Assembly (NCBI GenBank): GCA_964450345.1
Contig: CAYVEL010000001.1
Location: forward strand, 16,671 to 80,670
Length of the DNA: 64,000 bases
Direction: 5' to 3'
Source of the DNA: an uncultured Candidatus Saccharibacteria bacterium
GTDB taxonomy: Bacteria; Patescibacteriota; Minisyncoccia; Phycocordibacterales; PALSA-1337
Position 1 is the first letter of the stretch; every line of letters starts with the position of its first letter. The position numbers were made by a program, and so were the translations under genes. The notes beneath the pieces were generated by a model, which saw only the letters and a list, made by a program, of their open reading frames with translations, did not search any database and was not told the origin of the DNA. Shown in pieces: positions 18,890-28,876 of the stretch.

Positions 18890-21307
18890 CTACATTTCTC
18901 CCCAACTATTCCCTATTTCATATTCTGCTTTACAAACTACCCCTTTAGTTAAATCTTTAGAAACTGTATTTTCCATAATATCTTTAATTTCCTTTGCTAT
19001 CTTTTCAGCAATATTTTCTTTAACCTCTAAAACTAGTTCGTCGTGCACTTGCATTAGTATCTTTACATCATCACTTAACTTTTCCTTAACTAGATACTCA
19101 TATATTTTAACCATAGCAAGCTTAACAATATCAGCCTCTGTTCCCTGTATTGGAGCATTAATAGCCATTCTCTCTGACATTGCTCTAATAAAAGGCACTT
19201 TGGAATTAATACCTTCGAAATATCTTCTGCGGCCGAATAAAGTTACCGCGTAACCTGTTCTGGCCGTCTCTGCTTTAACTTTTTCTAAATAATTAGCTAG
19301 ACCGTTAAATGTCTCGAAATAATTATTATAGAATTCCTGCGCCGCTTTTCTGTCTCCCCCAATATTCTGTTTCAAAGCATTAACACCCATTCCATACATC
19401 ACACCGAAGTTAATAACCTTTGCTTTATTTCTCATCTCTTTGGTAACTTCGCTTGCTGGAATTTTAAATACTCTCGCAGCTACTTCTGTATGAACGTCTC
19501 TATCTTCCCTAAAAATCTCTAACATGTTTTCGTCTTCAGAAAGAAAAGCTGCTACTCGAATCTCTATTTGTGAATAATCTAGGGAAACTATTTTAAAACC
19601 CTTTTCAGCAATAAACGCATTTCTAATTTTTCTACCCGCTTCGCTCTTAATAGGTATATTCTGTAAATTAGGATTAGAAGACGACATTCTACCAGTAGTA
19701 GTTCCTGTCTGTTCAAAATGAGCATGAATTCTGCCATCCAGAGTAACTAGAGTTGGTAATGTGTCTATATATGTATTAACAAGCTTTGATAGCTCTCTGT
19801 GATCTAAAATAAGGGAGATTATAGGATGCGAATCCTTCATCTTTTGTAATTCTGATTCTTTTGTAGACTTTGCGCCTGTAGCGGTTTTCTTTACCTTTGT
19901 ACCACCGAGCATCATCTTATCGAAAAGCACTTCCCCGAGCTGTTTAGGTGAAGCAATATTAAATTCTACTCCAGCCATTTCCCAGATCTTTTTCTCTAGA
20001 TTTTTAATTTCTGCGTGATATTCCTCTCCGAGTTTTTTTAAATATTCTGTGTCTACCTTAACCCCGTTCTTTTCCATTACTTCTACTACGGGAATGAGAG
20101 GAATTTCTATATCTTCATATACCTTAGAAATTCCTCTCGTCTTTATTTCTTCATTAATTACTCTTTCAGCTTCTTTAATATTTTCTGTGGCTGTAATTTT
20201 TAAAATATCCTCTGCTGTTGGATTTGTGTAGTTTGAATCCAGAAGCCATGCGCCGATCTGAAGTCTTTTAAAATCAGCTGTTGATATAGCTGAAATATCT
20301 ACATTAGCAGAAGTAATGCCGTCGGGAGATTCTATTCCTTCAGAATCTTTAGAGGATTTTTTAGCACTTTTCGGAGCAGGTTCTCCTTTTACAAAAGCTT
20401 TAACACGATCAATAAGAGAGCGAAATTCTAAGTCTCTGTATAGATTTTCTGTCTCTTCTACATTTACTGCTTCTCTCCAATTTTTTTCTGGAAGAACGAA
20501 GTCTATTGGTGCATCTCTTCTTATAGTAGCGAGAACTTTTGAGAACATTGCCTCATCCTCTCCCTTTTCTAGAAGCTCAATTACTCTATCTTTAAAACCA
20601 GCGTCTTTAAATTCTTTTCTATTCTTTTTTAATTTTCTATAAATATTATCTAGATCTCCAAACTTTAATATCAAATCAGTAGCGGTCTTTTCACCAATAC
20701 CAGAAATTCCAATAATATTATCAGAAGTATCTCCGCGTAGACCTTTATAATCCACTAAAAGTTTAGGTTCAAATCCGAAACGCTCTTTCACTCCATCTTC
20801 GTCATACAGAGTGGTTTCTTTAATCCCTTTTTTAGGTGTGTAAACCTGAATCCTCTTTCCTTCAATAAGCTGAAGAGTATCCATATCACCCGAAGCAATA
20901 ATAATATCTACATCAGGATATTTTTCCTTTACCTGTTCAACAATAGTTCCGAGCATATCATCAGCCTCAAATCCGGGCTTATCATATTCGGGAATTCCCC
21001 AAGCATGAAAAACATCTCTCGAACGCTTAATCTGAGAAATTAATTCTGGATCAGCTTTCTTTCTGCCCGCTTTGTATTCCTTATACACCTCATGTCTGTG
21101 AGTAGGCTGTGGAAGATCGTAACAAGCGACAATATAATCTGGATGAAGCTTATCTATAATATTCATTATCATCAGAGACAGACCATAGAGAGCACCAGTA
21201 GCCTCGCCTTTACTTGAGGCAAAATCTGGAAGCGCATGATAAGCACGATGAAGAATCGCGTGAGTATCTAAAAGCACCAGCTTTTTTCTGTTCTGTTCTT
21301 TAGCCAT
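18890..21307 (-). CDS. polA: DNA polymerase I (5'-3' exonuclease + polymerase domains)
   Basis: N-terminal LLDTHAILHRAYHALP 5'-3' exo; KVINFGVMYGMG and QVHDELVLEV polymerase motifs B/C. Confidence 0.95.
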   Translation of the reverse strand: MAKEQNRKKLVLLDTHAILHRAYHALPDFASSKGEATGALYGLSLMIMNIIDKLHPDYIVACYDLPQPTHRHEVYKEYKAGRKKADPELISQIKRSRDVFHAWGIPEYDKPGFEADDMLGTIVEQVKEKYPDVDIIIASGDMDTLQLIEGKRIQVYTPKKGIKETTLYDEDGVKERFGFEPKLLVDYKGLRGDTSDNIIGISGIGEKTATDLILKFGDLDNIYRKLKKNRKEFKDAGFKDRVIELLEKGEDEAMFSKVLATIRRDAPIDFVLPEKNWREAVNVEETENLYRDLEFRSLIDRVKAFVKGEPAPKSAKKSSKDSEGIESPDGITSANVDISAISTADFKRLQIGAWLLDSNYTNPTAEDILKITATENIKEAERVINEEIKTRGISKVYEDIEIPLIPVVEVMEKNGVKVDTEYLKKLGEEYHAEIKNLEKKIWEMAGVEFNIASPKQLGEVLFDKMMLGGTKVKKTATGAKSTKESELQKMKDSHPIISLILDHRELSKLVNTYIDTLPTLVTLDGRIHAHFEQTGTTTGRMSSSNPNLQNIPIKSEAGRKIRNAFIAEKGFKIVSLDYSQIEIRVAAFLSEDENMLEIFREDRDVHTEVAARVFKIPASEVTKEMRNKAKVINFGVMYGMGVNALKQNIGGDRKAAQEFYNNYFETFNGLANYLEKVKAETARTGYAVTLFGRRRYFEGINSKVPFIRAMSERMAINAPIQGTEADIVKLAMVKIYEYLVKEKLSDDVKILMQVHDELVLEVKENIAEKIAKEIKDIMENTVSKDLTKGVVCKAEYEIGNSWGEM

Positions 21308-21328
21308 AATTAGGCTAAGTATATCAGA

Positions 21329-21775
21329 CTAGTAATTTACTTCCCTCTTGTCTGTTTCCAGATGTTTAAACGTAATTTTATAAGCGTTTTTAGGAATTGA
21401 TAGAGCCACTTTCTCAGGCCATTCAATAAAAATAATGTTCTTTGAATCTTTAATTAAATCGTTCCATTTCAAAGCTTCCATTTCTGTATCACTGTTTAAT
21501 CTATAAGCATCAATATGAATCATTCTCTCCCATCTCTCATGATTTAATGAATGAATTCTTTCAATAATAAAAGTCGGACTAATCACTCGTCCTTCTGCTT
21601 TTAATTCTTTTGCAATATTCTGAACGAAAGTGGTTTTACCTGCACCCAAATCACCAGAAAGCGCCACCACTAAAGCACCCCTGTCTTCTGTTTTTAAATT
21701 ATTTTCTAGGAATGTTAAATACTCTGTAGCAAAATCCGCCATTTCTGAAGCGCTATTTATAACTTTCGAAATCAT
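21329..21775 (-). CDS. tsaE: tRNA threonylcarbamoyladenosine biosynthesis ATPase TsaE
   Basis: LSGDLGAGKTTFVQ Walker A, SPTF, HIDAYRL, IEWPE motifs. Confidence 0.85.
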   Translation of the reverse strand: MISKVINSASEMADFATEYLTFLENNLKTEDRGALVVALSGDLGAGKTTFVQNIAKELKAEGRVISPTFIIERIHSLNHERWERMIHIDAYRLNSDTEMEALKWNDLIKDSKNIIFIEWPEKVALSIPKNAYKITFKHLETDKREVNY

Positions 21776-21804
21776 ATTTATATACTAAAGGATTATAGAC
21801 AAAA

Positions 21805-21840
21805 AGAAAGCCCCGCGAACATGAAGTTCGCGGGGCCCAC
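21805..21840. terminator. GC-rich hairpin AAAGCCCCGCGAAC-ATGAA-GTTCGCGGGGCCC between convergent/tandem genes
   Basis: seen in sequence. Confidence 0.6.
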
Positions 21841-21860
21841 TATGAAACCAACATTAAACA

Positions 21861-22886
21861 TCAATTCGGATCGTGCAAATATGCGCCGTCCGTTGAGTTG
21901 AAACCATCACCGAGCTGCCACCGTTTTTTATACACCACAGGACGTTCATCCACGGATGTATTATTTTCGGTAACTTCTTCAGTGATAGTCGAAGAGTTCG
22001 AGCGGGGATCATAAGTCACACTCGTATTTCCATATCCCCCTTTTTCCCTGTAGATGTATCTTCCAGATGAACCATCATAAAAGGTGAAACTGCTTTGAGG
22101 AGGCTGAGGGGCCAGTTCGTTCCCACCAAGTTCACGAACCTGTCCAGAAACCACACGAGTCCTTGTGTGGGTGGATGATGAGTAAGAATTTTTATTTTCC
22201 TCCACCACCCCATTACCACGAACCACGGGCTCGTAATAATTTCCGCGACCGTCAGAATAACCAACAGTAACGCTCGCACTCGCAGAAACACCACCAGAGA
22301 AGCGAGATCCGCCGCTGCCACTCCAAGTGTATGGGGTCGTGCTACTCCAAGAGTAGTTACCACTTCCCCTCGACTCATAGTGATCACCACGACGATGTCC
22401 GCGAGGTGCCGGTTGGCTATTGTTTTCGTAAGCATCCGGATTACCCTGCACCACATAAACAATCTGCGGAGGCGGCGCCTGAGGAGGAACCTGCAAAGCT
22501 TCACCAGCACTGATCCGGCGAACCGCCTCAGCCCTTCCGTAGTTCCCAGAATTAACCGAAACATTGTTTGACGGAGCTAAAGCAGAAGCAGAATTGGTTT
22601 CAGAAACCACCGCCGGCGCAGAATTAGAAACGGGTGCCTGAACGGGTGCTGGAGCTTGTGTAGGCGTAGGTTTTGGAGCCGATACCGGAACAACAGGAGT
22701 CTGCATTCCTTCATGTGCCGAAGTCACAGGGACATCGGGACGCGTAGGAGGAGCCACTTGTTTCGTTCCAGTAAACTCCGATGGACGGTTACTAGAAAAC
22801 TTAACCGCCCGACCACCATCACCAATACAACCAACTAAAGTAATCGAGCAAACGATTACCACTGAATTAATGAATATTGTTTTCAT
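21861..22886 (-). CDS. Pro/Ala/Gly/Ser-rich lipoprotein (lipobox LVGC), conspicuously GC-rich
   Basis: signal peptide MKTIFINSVVIVCSITLVGC; low-complexity PTPTQAPAPVQAPV, GSGNYSWSS.. repeats; local GC clearly higher than neighbours. Confidence 0.6.
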   Translation of the reverse strand: MKTIFINSVVIVCSITLVGCIGDGGRAVKFSSNRPSEFTGTKQVAPPTRPDVPVTSAHEGMQTPVVPVSAPKPTPTQAPAPVQAPVSNSAPAVVSETNSASALAPSNNVSVNSGNYGRAEAVRRISAGEALQVPPQAPPPQIVYVVQGNPDAYENNSQPAPRGHRRGDHYESRGSGNYSWSSTTPYTWSGSGGSRFSGGVSASASVTVGYSDGRGNYYEPVVRGNGVVEENKNSYSSSTHTRTRVVSGQVRELGGNELAPQPPQSSFTFYDGSSGRYIYREKGGYGNTSVTYDPRSNSSTITEEVTENNTSVDERPVVYKKRWQLGDGFNSTDGAYLHDPN

Positions 22887-23101
22887 ATTTTAAAGACCAT
22901 TCGTTTCAATCATTTTTGGGTATCTTTTTCTGTTTTCACACACCAACAGGGTGTGTGAACTAACCGTGAATACCCCTTTTCTTATTTACTCATATTATAC
23001 CATATATATTAAAATAAATCAATAGGTTAAAACCCCTTAAAATAAGGGTAATTTCCACTAATTAACTGCCTATTCTATTCATAGTGTGATAAAATTTAGA
23101 C

Positions 23102-24769
23102 ATGTTAAATTTCGATGAGGATAAGCATAATAGTAGACTTAAAGATTTAAGAAAAAAGGAAGAGGAAGACCTAGCACAGATAATCGCTTCTAGGCATGGT
23201 CTTGGTTATGCTGATCTATCTAGCGTATCTATATCTGGAGACGCTCTAAAAACAGTGGACGAAAAAGATGCAAGAGAGGCAAACATTGCGCCCTTTACCC
23301 TAAAAGACAACAGATTAAAAGTAGCTATACTATCCCCCGCTGACGAAAAGACACAGATGGCATTAAAAGAATTAGAGAGAAAAGGTTACATAAACGAATT
23401 ATACGTCGCATCTACATTAAGCTTAGCTAGAGCTTGGGAAACATATAAAGAATTGAACAGCACACACGCAACATCCGCAGGATCTGTAAGTATTTCAAAT
23501 GATGAAATCGTTAAAGTTATCGATTCAAAACCTCACATAGAAGACATCCAGAAAAGCATCGCTGAGTTATTAGAAAACAAAAGTGGATACAGAACTTCTA
23601 GAATTCTTGAATATATTATCGCTGGAGCATTAGCTACAGAAGCATCAGACATACACATCGAACCAGAAGAAGGATACACTCGTGTTAGATATAGATTGGA
23701 TGGTGTACTTAACGATGTGGTACAGATTGATTTAATTACATATAACCTAATTCTTTCCAGAATTAAGCTTATTTCTGGCCTTAAACTAAACATTAAAAAA
23801 GATTCTCAGGACGGTCGTTTCAGTATTAAACTTCAAACAAAAAGCATAGAAGTGAGAACATCTATTCTTCCTGGTGCATACAGTGAATCAATCGTGATGA
23901 GAATTCTAAATCCAGATTCTATTGCTGTACCTTTCGAATCTCTTGGTATTGAACCGAAATTGATGGAAGTTTTCCTAAGAGAAATAGCTAGACCAGAAGG
24001 TATGATTCTTACCACAGGTCCAACAGGTTCTGGTAAGACCACCACTCTTTATGCTTTCCTAAGAAAGATTCATTCTCCTGATGTAAAAATAATCACCATC
24101 GAAGACCCTATTGAATATCACCTACCAGGAATAGTGCAGACACAAGTTAACGAGGAAGGTTACACATTCCTAGATGGTCTACGTGCAGCATTAAGACAAG
24201 ACCCTGAAATAATCATGGTCGGTGAAATTCGAGATTCAGAAACAGCAAAAATTGCTATTAACTCTGCCCAAACAGGTCACTTGGTTTTCTCAACACTACA
24301 CACGAATAGCGCCGCTGGTGCCTTCCCTCGTCTAATCGACCTAGGAGTTAACCCAAACGTTATTACTTCATCTATTAACTTAGTTATTGGTCAGAGACTA
24401 GTGAGATGTTTATGTAAATTCTGTAAAAAAGAAGTCCCTATCGAAGGTGAAACAAAAGCTCTTATAGATAGAATATATGCGAGAATCCCGGAAGATTTCA
24501 AAGGAGTTCAAACAGAAAAAATGTGGATGGCTGTAGGATGCTTAAAATGTAATAAAACAGGATACAAGAGCAGAACAGGAATACACGAAGTAATACTAAC
24601 AAAAGATTCTGCCGTAGAAGCCCAAATCGTAAGACAGGCCAGCGCTCGTGAAATAGCAGAAACCGCTAGATCACAAAAAATCCCCAACCTAGCTGAAGAT
24701 GGAATACTTAAAGTATTAAGTGGTACCACTTCCCTAGATGAGGTTCAAAGAGTAGTTGATATACAATAG
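23102..24769 (+). CDS. pilB: type IV pilus assembly ATPase PilB (GspE family)
   Basis: ASDIHIEPEE, Walker A LTTGPTGSGKTTTLYAFL, His box HLVFSTLHTNSAAGAF, C-terminal Cys4 CLCKFC..CLKCN. Confidence 0.9.
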   Translation: MLNFDEDKHNSRLKDLRKKEEEDLAQIIASRHGLGYADLSSVSISGDALKTVDEKDAREANIAPFTLKDNRLKVAILSPADEKTQMALKELERKGYINELYVASTLSLARAWETYKELNSTHATSAGSVSISNDEIVKVIDSKPHIEDIQKSIAELLENKSGYRTSRILEYIIAGALATEASDIHIEPEEGYTRVRYRLDGVLNDVVQIDLITYNLILSRIKLISGLKLNIKKDSQDGRFSIKLQTKSIEVRTSILPGAYSESIVMRILNPDSIAVPFESLGIEPKLMEVFLREIARPEGMILTTGPTGSGKTTTLYAFLRKIHSPDVKIITIEDPIEYHLPGIVQTQVNEEGYTFLDGLRAALRQDPEIIMVGEIRDSETAKIAINSAQTGHLVFSTLHTNSAAGAFPRLIDLGVNPNVITSSINLVIGQRLVRCLCKFCKKEVPIEGETKALIDRIYARIPEDFKGVQTEKMWMAVGCLKCNKTGYKSRTGIHEVILTKDSAVEAQIVRQASAREIAETARSQKIPNLAEDGILKVLSGTTSLDEVQRVVDIQ

Positions 24770-25080
24770 ATATTTACTACAGTGTCAATTGAAATATATC
24801 CTTAAAAGGTTATAGTTATAAGTAAGAGTTTGTTGAAAATAACAAAGCACATAAATCTCCAGGCAATACTTTAGAAGTGATCATCAAAAGTTGGGAAAAA
24901 GCCCGAGGATAACCCCAGTCACTCTGTCGAAACAGAAACCAGAACGTCCTTAAGTTAGTTCCTTAATACGCCTCTTACGAGGCGGAATCGTCTGGAGATT
25001 TATACGCTTGTTAATACTTGTTAACTAGCTTTTTATATTGTTAAGTGTTTCGTAGATTAGTTTAGCATAAACCCACATCA

Positions 25081-26121
25081 ATGTCAACCCCTAAAGGCCA
25101 AGAGAAGAGTTCCTCTCCCAAAGATGAAAATAACGGCCAAGAATATGGCTTTTTAGACCAGACACTACGACCATCGAAATGGGATGAATATATTGGTCAA
25201 GAAAACATAAAGAAGAATTTACATATTTTATTAACTGCAGCAAAACAGAGAAATCACCCTCCAGAACACATATTATTTTACGGTCCACCAGGTTTAGGTA
25301 AGACCACCCTCGCCCATTTGATAGCAAAAGAGACAGGAGCACAGATGAAAGTAACTTCTGGTCCTGCAATTTTAAAAGTTGGAGACCTTGCTTCAATTTT
25401 AACGAATTTATCTAACGGTGATATTTTATTTATTGATGAAATTCATAGACTAAACAAAACCATTGAAGAGGTTTTATATCCTGCTATGGAGTCTGGTGCT
25501 ATTGATATTATTATTGGTAAGGGTCCTTCTGCTAGAACTATCCAGCTCGAGCTTCCTAAATTCACACTTATCGCAGCCACCACTAGAATAGCGATGATTT
25601 CCTCCCCTCTTCGTTCTAGATTCTCTGGAGGAACATTTAGACTTGAATTTTATAATCAGAAAGAGATAGAGAGAATCATCGAAAGATCTGCAAAGATTCT
25701 TGGTGTTAAAATCGAACCAGAAGCTATGGAAGAAATCTCGAAAAGAAGCCGTTTTACACCTAGAACAGCAAACTATTTTCTAAAGAGATGCAGAGATTAT
25801 GCTCAAGTTAACGATAGACAGCTTGATAAAAAGTCTGTTGAAGAAGCTTTATCACTACTGCAAGTAGACCACAAAGGTTTAACAGAGAATGACAGAAAAC
25901 TACTACTAACCATGATAGAAAAATTTAAAGGTGGACCAGTAGGACTTAATACTATTGCGGCAGCACTATCAGAAGAAGAGGCTACTATTGAAGAATATAA
26001 TGAACCATATCTAATTCAGATCGGATTAATAGAGAGAACCCCACGCGGAAGAACTGTTACAGAACTTGGATACGCACACTTAAATATAGACGCTGATAAA
26101 TATATAAATAAAAAGAAATAA
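25081..26121 (+). CDS. ruvB: Holliday junction ATP-dependent helicase RuvB
   Basis: LRPSKWDEYIGQE, Walker A GPPGLGKTTLA, DEIHRL. Confidence 0.95.
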   Translation: MSTPKGQEKSSSPKDENNGQEYGFLDQTLRPSKWDEYIGQENIKKNLHILLTAAKQRNHPPEHILFYGPPGLGKTTLAHLIAKETGAQMKVTSGPAILKVGDLASILTNLSNGDILFIDEIHRLNKTIEEVLYPAMESGAIDIIIGKGPSARTIQLELPKFTLIAATTRIAMISSPLRSRFSGGTFRLEFYNQKEIERIIERSAKILGVKIEPEAMEEISKRSRFTPRTANYFLKRCRDYAQVNDRQLDKKSVEEALSLLQVDHKGLTENDRKLLLTMIEKFKGGPVGLNTIAAALSEEEATIEEYNEPYLIQIGLIERTPRGRTVTELGYAHLNIDADKYINKKK

Positions 26122-26176
26122 GCGAGAACAGTGGTTTATTTTAATAAGATAAAAACTTTAGTTTAAAAATAAAAAC

Positions 26177-26704
26177 ATGTCAGGACATAATAAATTTTCA
26201 AAAATTAAACACATAAAAGCTAAGACCGACGCTCAAAAAAGTAAGGCTTTCGCAAAGATCTCTAAACTTATTTCTGCTGAAGCAAAAAAATCTAATGGAA
26301 ACGTTAATTCTCCAGGTCTAAAAACAGCTATTGAAAAAGGACGTGCTGTTAATATGCCCAACGATACTATTGAGAGAGCTATTAAAAAAGCTACTGATAC
26401 AAACGTAGAAATGGAATCAGTGCAGTACGAAACATACGGACCAGGTGGTGTGGCTATTATTATTGAAGGACTAACAGACAACAGAAATAGAACTGCGCCT
26501 GAAATAAAGAATATTCTTAAGAATCACGGATTAGAATTAAGTAACCCAGGAAGCGCTTCATGGGCATTTACTAAAATAGACAATGTTCTAACACCACAGA
26601 CCACTATCCCCCTAGGAGAGGAAGATTCTAATAAACTTCTAGAAATAATCGAAGCACTAGAAGAACATGATGATGTTCAAGAAATCTACACAAACGCTGA
26701 ATAA
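26177..26704 (+). CDS. yebC: YebC/PmpR-family probable transcriptional regulator (short form)
   Basis: MSGHNKFSKIKHIKAKTDAQKSKAFAKI N-terminus and C-terminal DDVQEIYTNAE. Confidence 0.8.
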   Translation: MSGHNKFSKIKHIKAKTDAQKSKAFAKISKLISAEAKKSNGNVNSPGLKTAIEKGRAVNMPNDTIERAIKKATDTNVEMESVQYETYGPGGVAIIIEGLTDNRNRTAPEIKNILKNHGLELSNPGSASWAFTKIDNVLTPQTTIPLGEEDSNKLLEIIEALEEHDDVQEIYTNAE

Positions 26705-26709
26705 TTTCT

Positions 26710-27237
26710 ATGTTAAGAGATTCTAAAAATAATAATTTAGAAATAAGTAAATCTGAAAAACACTCTGTCGTACTAGGAATAGATCCTGGATATGAGAGGC
26801 TTGGAATTTGTATTGTCGAAAAAGATAAAGGCAAAAAAGAAACCTTGACCTTCTCTGACTGTATAAGAACAAACCCTAAAATGTCTTTCTCTGACAGGCT
26901 TTTAGAAATTGGTAATGCAATAGAAAGTATCATCGAAGAATTTGGTCCCACAGAGTTAGCTACAGAAAACCTATTCTTATCGATGAACCAAAAGACCGCA
27001 ATGAGAGTAGCTGAAACTCGTGGAGTTATATTATTTCTATCTAGAAAATACGGGCTAAGTATTAACGAATATACCCCAATGCAGATTAAACTAGCCATAA
27101 CCAGCTATGGTAAATCAGACAAAAAACAAATGATTAGTATGGTTCAAAAGCTAATAAAGATAGATAAGCCGGACGCTTTAGATGACGAATATGACGCTAT
27201 AGCGGTAGCACTCACCCACCTCGCAATTAAAAAATAG
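26710..27237 (+). CDS. ruvC: crossover junction endodeoxyribonuclease RuvC
   Basis: VLGIDPGYERLGICIV...ATENLFLSMNQKTAMRVAETRGVI...EYTPMQIKLAITSYGKSDKKQM...DDEYDAIAVALTH. Confidence 0.9.
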   Translation: MLRDSKNNNLEISKSEKHSVVLGIDPGYERLGICIVEKDKGKKETLTFSDCIRTNPKMSFSDRLLEIGNAIESIIEEFGPTELATENLFLSMNQKTAMRVAETRGVILFLSRKYGLSINEYTPMQIKLAITSYGKSDKKQMISMVQKLIKIDKPDALDDEYDAIAVALTHLAIKK

Positions 27238-27321
27238 TTTTCCACAATTAGACTGTGTTGCAAGACGTTTTCTCTTTTGGTACAAATAGCGCAATAATTA
27301 TTTAAATAATTTTTAGAGATT

Positions 27322-27543
27322 ATGCCAACAAAGAAAAAAGAGGTGACGAACAAAAAAGTTGCTGACAAAAATAAAAATGTAAAAAATTCAAAGGATTTGA
27401 AGAAGAAGCCTGCAGTAGTAACTCCAGAGGATGAGGAAGAAACTGATGCTGACACAAACCTTAATGTTATAGATCCGGAAGTATATGAGGAAGGAATGTT
27501 AGATGACGACATAGATCCTTTTGGAGACAAATACGAAGAATAA
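27322..27543 (+). CDS. small charged protein (Lys-rich N-terminus, acidic C-terminus), unknown function
   Basis: 73-aa ORF followed directly by strong terminator. Confidence 0.4.
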   Translation: MPTKKKEVTNKKVADKNKNVKNSKDLKKKPAVVTPEDEEETDADTNLNVIDPEVYEEGMLDDDIDPFGDKYEE

Positions 27544-27546
27544 TTA

Positions 27547-27585
27547 AAAGCGCTCGGCCTATACTTAGGCCGAGCGCTTTTAATT
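27547..27585. terminator. perfect hairpin AAAAGCGCTCGGCCTATACTTAGGCCGAGCGCTTTT (bidirectional; also downstream of tyrS)
   Basis: seen in sequence. Confidence 0.75.
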
Positions 27586-27604
27586 TTAAAACAAATTTTA
27601 GATT

Positions 27605-28858
27605 TTAATTTATATCTATCTTTATAAATCTTCTCTTACCAATCTTCCAGACTGCTGTTTTTTCTACTTTATAATCAAAAGACTTTATTGGCTCTCCCCC
27701 TATTTCTGAAACCGCACCCTCCTCTACCAATCTCTTAAATTCTCCTTTTGATTTAACTAGTCCTGACTCAGAAATTATATCTATTAATAATTTTCCTTTT
27801 GAGGACTTAATCACATCTATATTTTCTGGGGTCTCACCCTTTGAGAAAGTTCTCTCGAAAGCAGCAGATGCTTTATTAGCTTCTTCATTACCATGATAAA
27901 CAGATACTATTTCTTTTGCTAAATGAACCTTGTGAGCTTTTGGATTATCACCTTTCTTAAGTGATTCTTTTATTCTTTCAATTTCTTCTTCTGAAACATA
28001 GGTGCATAATTCAAAACCTGGAATAATTAGATTATCTCCCCAACTCATAACCTTGCCAAACATATCTGTAGGAGTCTGATCTAAACTAACCATATTACCT
28101 TCTGTCTTACCCATTTTTGCACCAGAAGAATCTGTAAGAAGCTTTGAAGTTATTACGAATTTGTCTTTATTTTTTAACATCTTAATAAGATCACGACCCA
28201 TTAACATATTAAAAGTCTGATCATTGCCTCCTATCTCTCCATCAACATCCATGGCCACAGAATCATAACCCTGCATTAGAGGATACATAAACTCATGAAT
28301 ATATACAGGTTTTCCTTCAGACACTCTCTTTTCGAACATATCTCTCTTCAACATTTGTTCAACAGTAACTAGAGAACTTAATTCTAGAACATCTGCGAAA
28401 GTCAGCTTTGCTAACCATTTTGAGTTATATTGTAATATAGCTGGATTTTCACCATCAAACTTAAGAAAGGCTTCCGCTTGTTTCTTATAGTGTCTAGCAT
28501 TTTCTAAAACCTGCTCTCTGGTTAATTTCTTTCTGGTAGCTTTCTTATCTGTAGGGTCACCGATCATTCCGGTAAAGTCACCGATAAGTAGAATAACCTT
28601 ATGACCAAGATCTTGAAATTCTTTAAGCTTCTTAAGCACAATAGCGTGCCCCAAGTGTAGTGTTGGTCCTGTTGGATCAACTCCTAAATATATTGTTTGA
28701 ATCTTACCAGACAAAAGTTTGGATTTTAAATAATCCTTACTAGGGTAAATATTCTCGACTCCCCTGTTTAGGAATCTATCTATTACTGCGGGGTCTGTAT
28801 TGACCACTGATTTTTTATTAAACCAAAACATATAGTAATAAATTACCATATTAGACAT
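27605..28858 (-). CDS. tyrS: tyrosine--tRNA ligase
   Basis: HIGH motif (PTLHLGH), KMSKS-type AKMGKT, C-terminal S4-like domain; ~417 aa. Confidence 0.85.
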   Translation of the reverse strand: MSNMVIYYYMFWFNKKSVVNTDPAVIDRFLNRGVENIYPSKDYLKSKLLSGKIQTIYLGVDPTGPTLHLGHAIVLKKLKEFQDLGHKVILLIGDFTGMIGDPTDKKATRKKLTREQVLENARHYKKQAEAFLKFDGENPAILQYNSKWLAKLTFADVLELSSLVTVEQMLKRDMFEKRVSEGKPVYIHEFMYPLMQGYDSVAMDVDGEIGGNDQTFNMLMGRDLIKMLKNKDKFVITSKLLTDSSGAKMGKTEGNMVSLDQTPTDMFGKVMSWGDNLIIPGFELCTYVSEEEIERIKESLKKGDNPKAHKVHLAKEIVSVYHGNEEANKASAAFERTFSKGETPENIDVIKSSKGKLLIDIISESGLVKSKGEFKRLVEEGAVSEIGGEPIKSFDYKVEKTAVWKIGKRRFIKIDIN

Positions 28859-28876
28859 ATATGGTAAAATTATAGA

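Noticed and set aside
22016-22838. Several 60-182-aa ORFs on other frames/strand inside the GC-rich lipoprotein gene
   Set aside because: High GC suppresses stop codons; Arg/Leu-rich nonsense translations, fully overlapped by the better-supported lipoprotein frame.
24770-25080. RNase P RNA in pilB-ruvB spacer (GGGAAAAAGCCCGAGG and ACAGAAACCAGAACG strings)
   Set aside because: Region too short and lacks the universally conserved RNase P P4/CR motifs; retained only as generic structured-element candidate.
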